Below are positions 62,084 to 64,000 of a stretch of DNA of 64,000 nt, in pieces; position 1 is the stretch's first letter; the number at the start of each line of letters is the position of its first letter. The notes under the pieces are model-generated. The model worked only from the letters and a program-made list of their open reading frames with translations. It was not told the DNA's origin and did not search any database. The translations under genes were made by a program, and so were the position numbers. This DNA is from Methanobacteriota archaeon (GTDB taxonomy: Archaea > Thermoplasmatota > Poseidoniia > Poseidoniales > Poseidoniaceae): the NCBI GenBank assembly GCA_018650165.1, contig JABIGM010000024.1:2192-66191 (forward strand). The letters are read 5' to 3'.

Positions 62084-64000
62084 TTAATCCTCAGAAAGGA
62101 AGTCAGAAACTAAGTCGCCTTGCAATGAATTTTCATCGATATCTTTGGTTTTCTCAGAAGATTTCTTTTTCCTCTTAACAGATTTACGTTTTTTCTTGTT
62201 GCTAACTGGTTTGACGATTTCTGTCTCAGTTTCTTCTTTATAATCTGCTGAAATACTTGTTTTTACACGCCTTTTCTTCACTACTTTTTCACTTGGAACA
62301 GCATTTCTACGCTTCACAACTACTGGCTCGGTATTCTGGTCTGAAACGAGACGTTTTCGTTTCGTTTTCACAGTAGTTTCTTTACTTGTAGAAACTCTCC
62401 TCTTCTTAGGCGCTAGAGTTTCTTTGGATGCAGTAGTAGTGTACATCTTTCTCTTTTTAGCAGGAGGTGTTCGCACATTTGCCTCTACCAGTTCTTCTTC
62501 TCCTGCTTCTGAGCCCATATCATGTGAATCAGAATCATCTAATTGCTCATAATCTTCATCATCATCCTCATCAGCATTTTCTTCTTCGTGTTCATGTTCC
62601 TCAAATTCTTCCTCTTCCTCATCATCAAAATTTAAATCGATTGCATTATCTCTTCTAATTATTAAAAGTACTATGCCTGCAATTATCCCCAGGTACAGTA
62701 CAAAGGCCACAGGGTGAAGTGCCCATGCAATTGCGCTATCCAAGATTGTAGGATCATCAACAACGACTCCTACTAATGTAGCATTTGCCTTTATGTCGCC
62801 ATTATTCCACCAAAGAGGAATATTCACTGGAATTGCCCCCTTGCCAGAATAAGAGACTGACATTGGGTGTGCAGGTGCAAGCCAGGCTATCGAGCCATCA
62901 GTTGGAAGTGTTTGTTCATCTAGGGAAATCTCCAACGGGAATGTAATCAAACTGTCATATTCAAATTCTGTGATGATTGTCAATTTAATCTGAGTTGTTG
63001 AATCACCTGCTTTGATTAGTTCCATACCGGAATCAAGAATGCAAGTTACAGTTCCAATTCCCAGTTCACCATTTGATAGAGAGATAGAATCTCTCCATTG
63101 CTCGATGACATCACTATGGTCGATATTTGCACACATAGCCTCTGCAAAAAGCTCAACTTCATGCGAACTAAGTATCTGGTCTGCAGCTATTGCTATCCTG
63201 CTAAGGTTACGAATATGACTTGAGTACTCTGTTGGTAAAGTAATTGTATCTGAAATCAAAAATGTACTGCCAATGTCGATATCTACTTGTCGGATTTTTG
63301 AAATATCGGGGTACCTAGAGCAAGGAGTTCCTTCGGGGGCATCACACCCGATATCATTGTCCCAATCGTCAATAATGCCGTCACCGTCATCATCTGGGTC
63401 AAGATTGTCAGGTATGGTATCACCATCTAAATCAGCACCTGGTTGATTAAACCCGTCAGGTATTGACTCGCGTAGATATACTGCAACTTCACCCGTACCC
63501 CCTGAAGCAAATATTTTCTGTAATCGGCCAAATTCATCGTCGATATACTCGATGTCCTCTGCCTTATGGAAAAAGGTAGTTCTCTTTATTTCACTAAATG
63601 CATCATAGTCATAGGATATTAATCCGCGGAAGTCATCCGATTCTACTGCAATCTGCATCCTTGTGGCCACATCTGAAAACATAATTTTCTTGGCGCCTTC
63701 TATCGTCGTATTGTGATTTTCTGCCCCAGCAAATGATTCAGACATTAGTTTACCTTTGTCGCCTAGAAGAATAATGTCTAGACCATCTGGACTAAATTTG
63801 CAATCGACAAGGTCTTCTTCAAATCCGCGATATTCATTTTGTCGGACTCCGTTTTTATTCCAAATAGCATAACGCCCGGATTCATCACCCGTGATCAAAT
63901 ACTCTCCGTCGGCGCGATAATCAATGCAAGTTACATCCACATTATGCACTCCGTGCAGTGTAACCTTTAGCGATAAATCACCATATCGATATAATTCCAC
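62084..64000 (-). CDS. membrane protein, N-terminus beyond the window: WD40-like beta-propeller repeats, TSP3-like Ca-binding repeat, TM helix, then a cytoplasmic acidic block plus a Lys/Arg-rich tail
   Basis: WD-like segments are DVTCIDYRADGEYLITGDESGRYAIWNKNG and CKFSPDGLDIILLGDKG. The Ca-binding repeat is DLDGDTIPDNLDPDDDGDGIIDDWDND and the TM helix is VAFVLYLGIIAGIVLLII. The tail is DDEEEEEFEEHEHEEENADEDDDEDYEQLDD... then KKRK, KKRRV, KTKRKR, KRR, KKRRVK, KKKRKSVKRKKK. The first codon at the window edge is GTG, not a real start. Confidence 0.7.
   Translation of the reverse strand: MELYRYGDLSLKVTLHGVHNVDVTCIDYRADGEYLITGDESGRYAIWNKNGVRQNEYRGFEEDLVDCKFSPDGLDIILLGDKGKLMSESFAGAENHNTTIEGAKKIMFSDVATRMQIAVESDDFRGLISYDYDAFSEIKRTTFFHKAEDIEYIDDEFGRLQKIFASGGTGEVAVYLRESIPDGFNQPGADLDGDTIPDNLDPDDDGDGIIDDWDNDIGCDAPEGTPCSRYPDISKIRQVDIDIGSTFLISDTITLPTEYSSHIRNLSRIAIAADQILSSHEVELFAEAMCANIDHSDVIEQWRDSISLSNGELGIGTVTCILDSGMELIKAGDSTTQIKLTIITEFEYDSLITFPLEISLDEQTLPTDGSIAWLAPAHPMSVSYSGKGAIPVNIPLWWNNGDIKANATLVGVVVDDPTILDSAIAWALHPVAFVLYLGIIAGIVLLIIRRDNAIDLNFDDEEEEEFEEHEHEEENADEDDDEDYEQLDDSDSHDMGSEAGEEELVEANVRTPPAKKRKMYTTTASKETLAPKKRRVSTSKETTVKTKRKRLVSDQNTEPVVVKRRNAVPSEKVVKKRRVKTSISADYKEETETEIVKPVSNKKKRKSVKRKKKSSEKTKDIDENSLQGDLVSDFLSED

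Noticed and set aside
1-64000. Search for CRISPR arrays, transposases/integrases, prophage genes, tRNA/rRNA genes and inteins in EF-2, RFC and Lhr
   Set aside because: No spaced direct-repeat arrays, no recombinase-like ORFs, and no spacer long enough for a structured RNA gene were seen. EF-2 (735 aa) and RFC-L (502 aa) have normal lengths with contiguous motifs. The extra length of Lhr is C-terminal, not an intein-like insertion.

Overview
This is a very gene-dense archaeal chromosomal segment with about 58 protein-coding genes. By eye I found no rRNA, tRNA, CRISPR array, transposase or integrase. Archaeal identity rests on aEF-2, uS12/uS7, eL43 (L37ae), RFC large subunit, TiaS, TrmY, SRP54, isopentenyl phosphate kinase, and the exosome/proteasome superoperon (psmA, SBDS, rrp4, rrp41, rrp42, L37ae, Pcc1-like, pfdB). 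These core genes sit among bacterial-type genes: an MreB-like actin, a delta-9 fatty-acid desaturase, an OPT transporter, a very long Lhr helicase, futalosine-pathway genes and a type-1 IPP isomerase. There are also large secreted lectin/adhesin-like proteins. Together this suggests an uncultured marine Thermoplasmatota genome (Marine Group II/III-like), which is inference only. Most genes carry GGAGG/GGTGAT-type Shine-Dalgarno sequences, and many are translationally coupled through ATGA or TGATG overlaps. I used both signals to move several ORF-track starts, many of which are TTG/GTG codons shown as M, to better-supported downstream starts. No recognisable defence island or mobile element is present. 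The items most worth a second look are listed here.
- The exosome superoperon continues into a coupled DHH/DHHA1 phosphoesterase and a helical-repeat protein.
- An MreB-like gene lies next to two zinc-ribbon proteins.
- A desaturase cassette is wedged into the S12-S7-EF2 cluster.
- An IPK gene is followed by a fused type-1 IDI::GGPP synthase.
- A Get3/ArsA protein with an HSP20-like tail sits directly upstream of SRP54.
- A transglutaminase-like protein is coupled to TrkA/TrkH.
- A 1764-aa Lhr carries duplicated AlkZ-like C-terminal modules.
- An archaeosortase-like gene abuts a 1141-aa lectin/LamG/PPC/EF-hand surface protein.
- Proteins ending in the tripeptide EEE are strikingly over-represented.
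All family assignments come from motif recognition by eye and memory, not from database searches.
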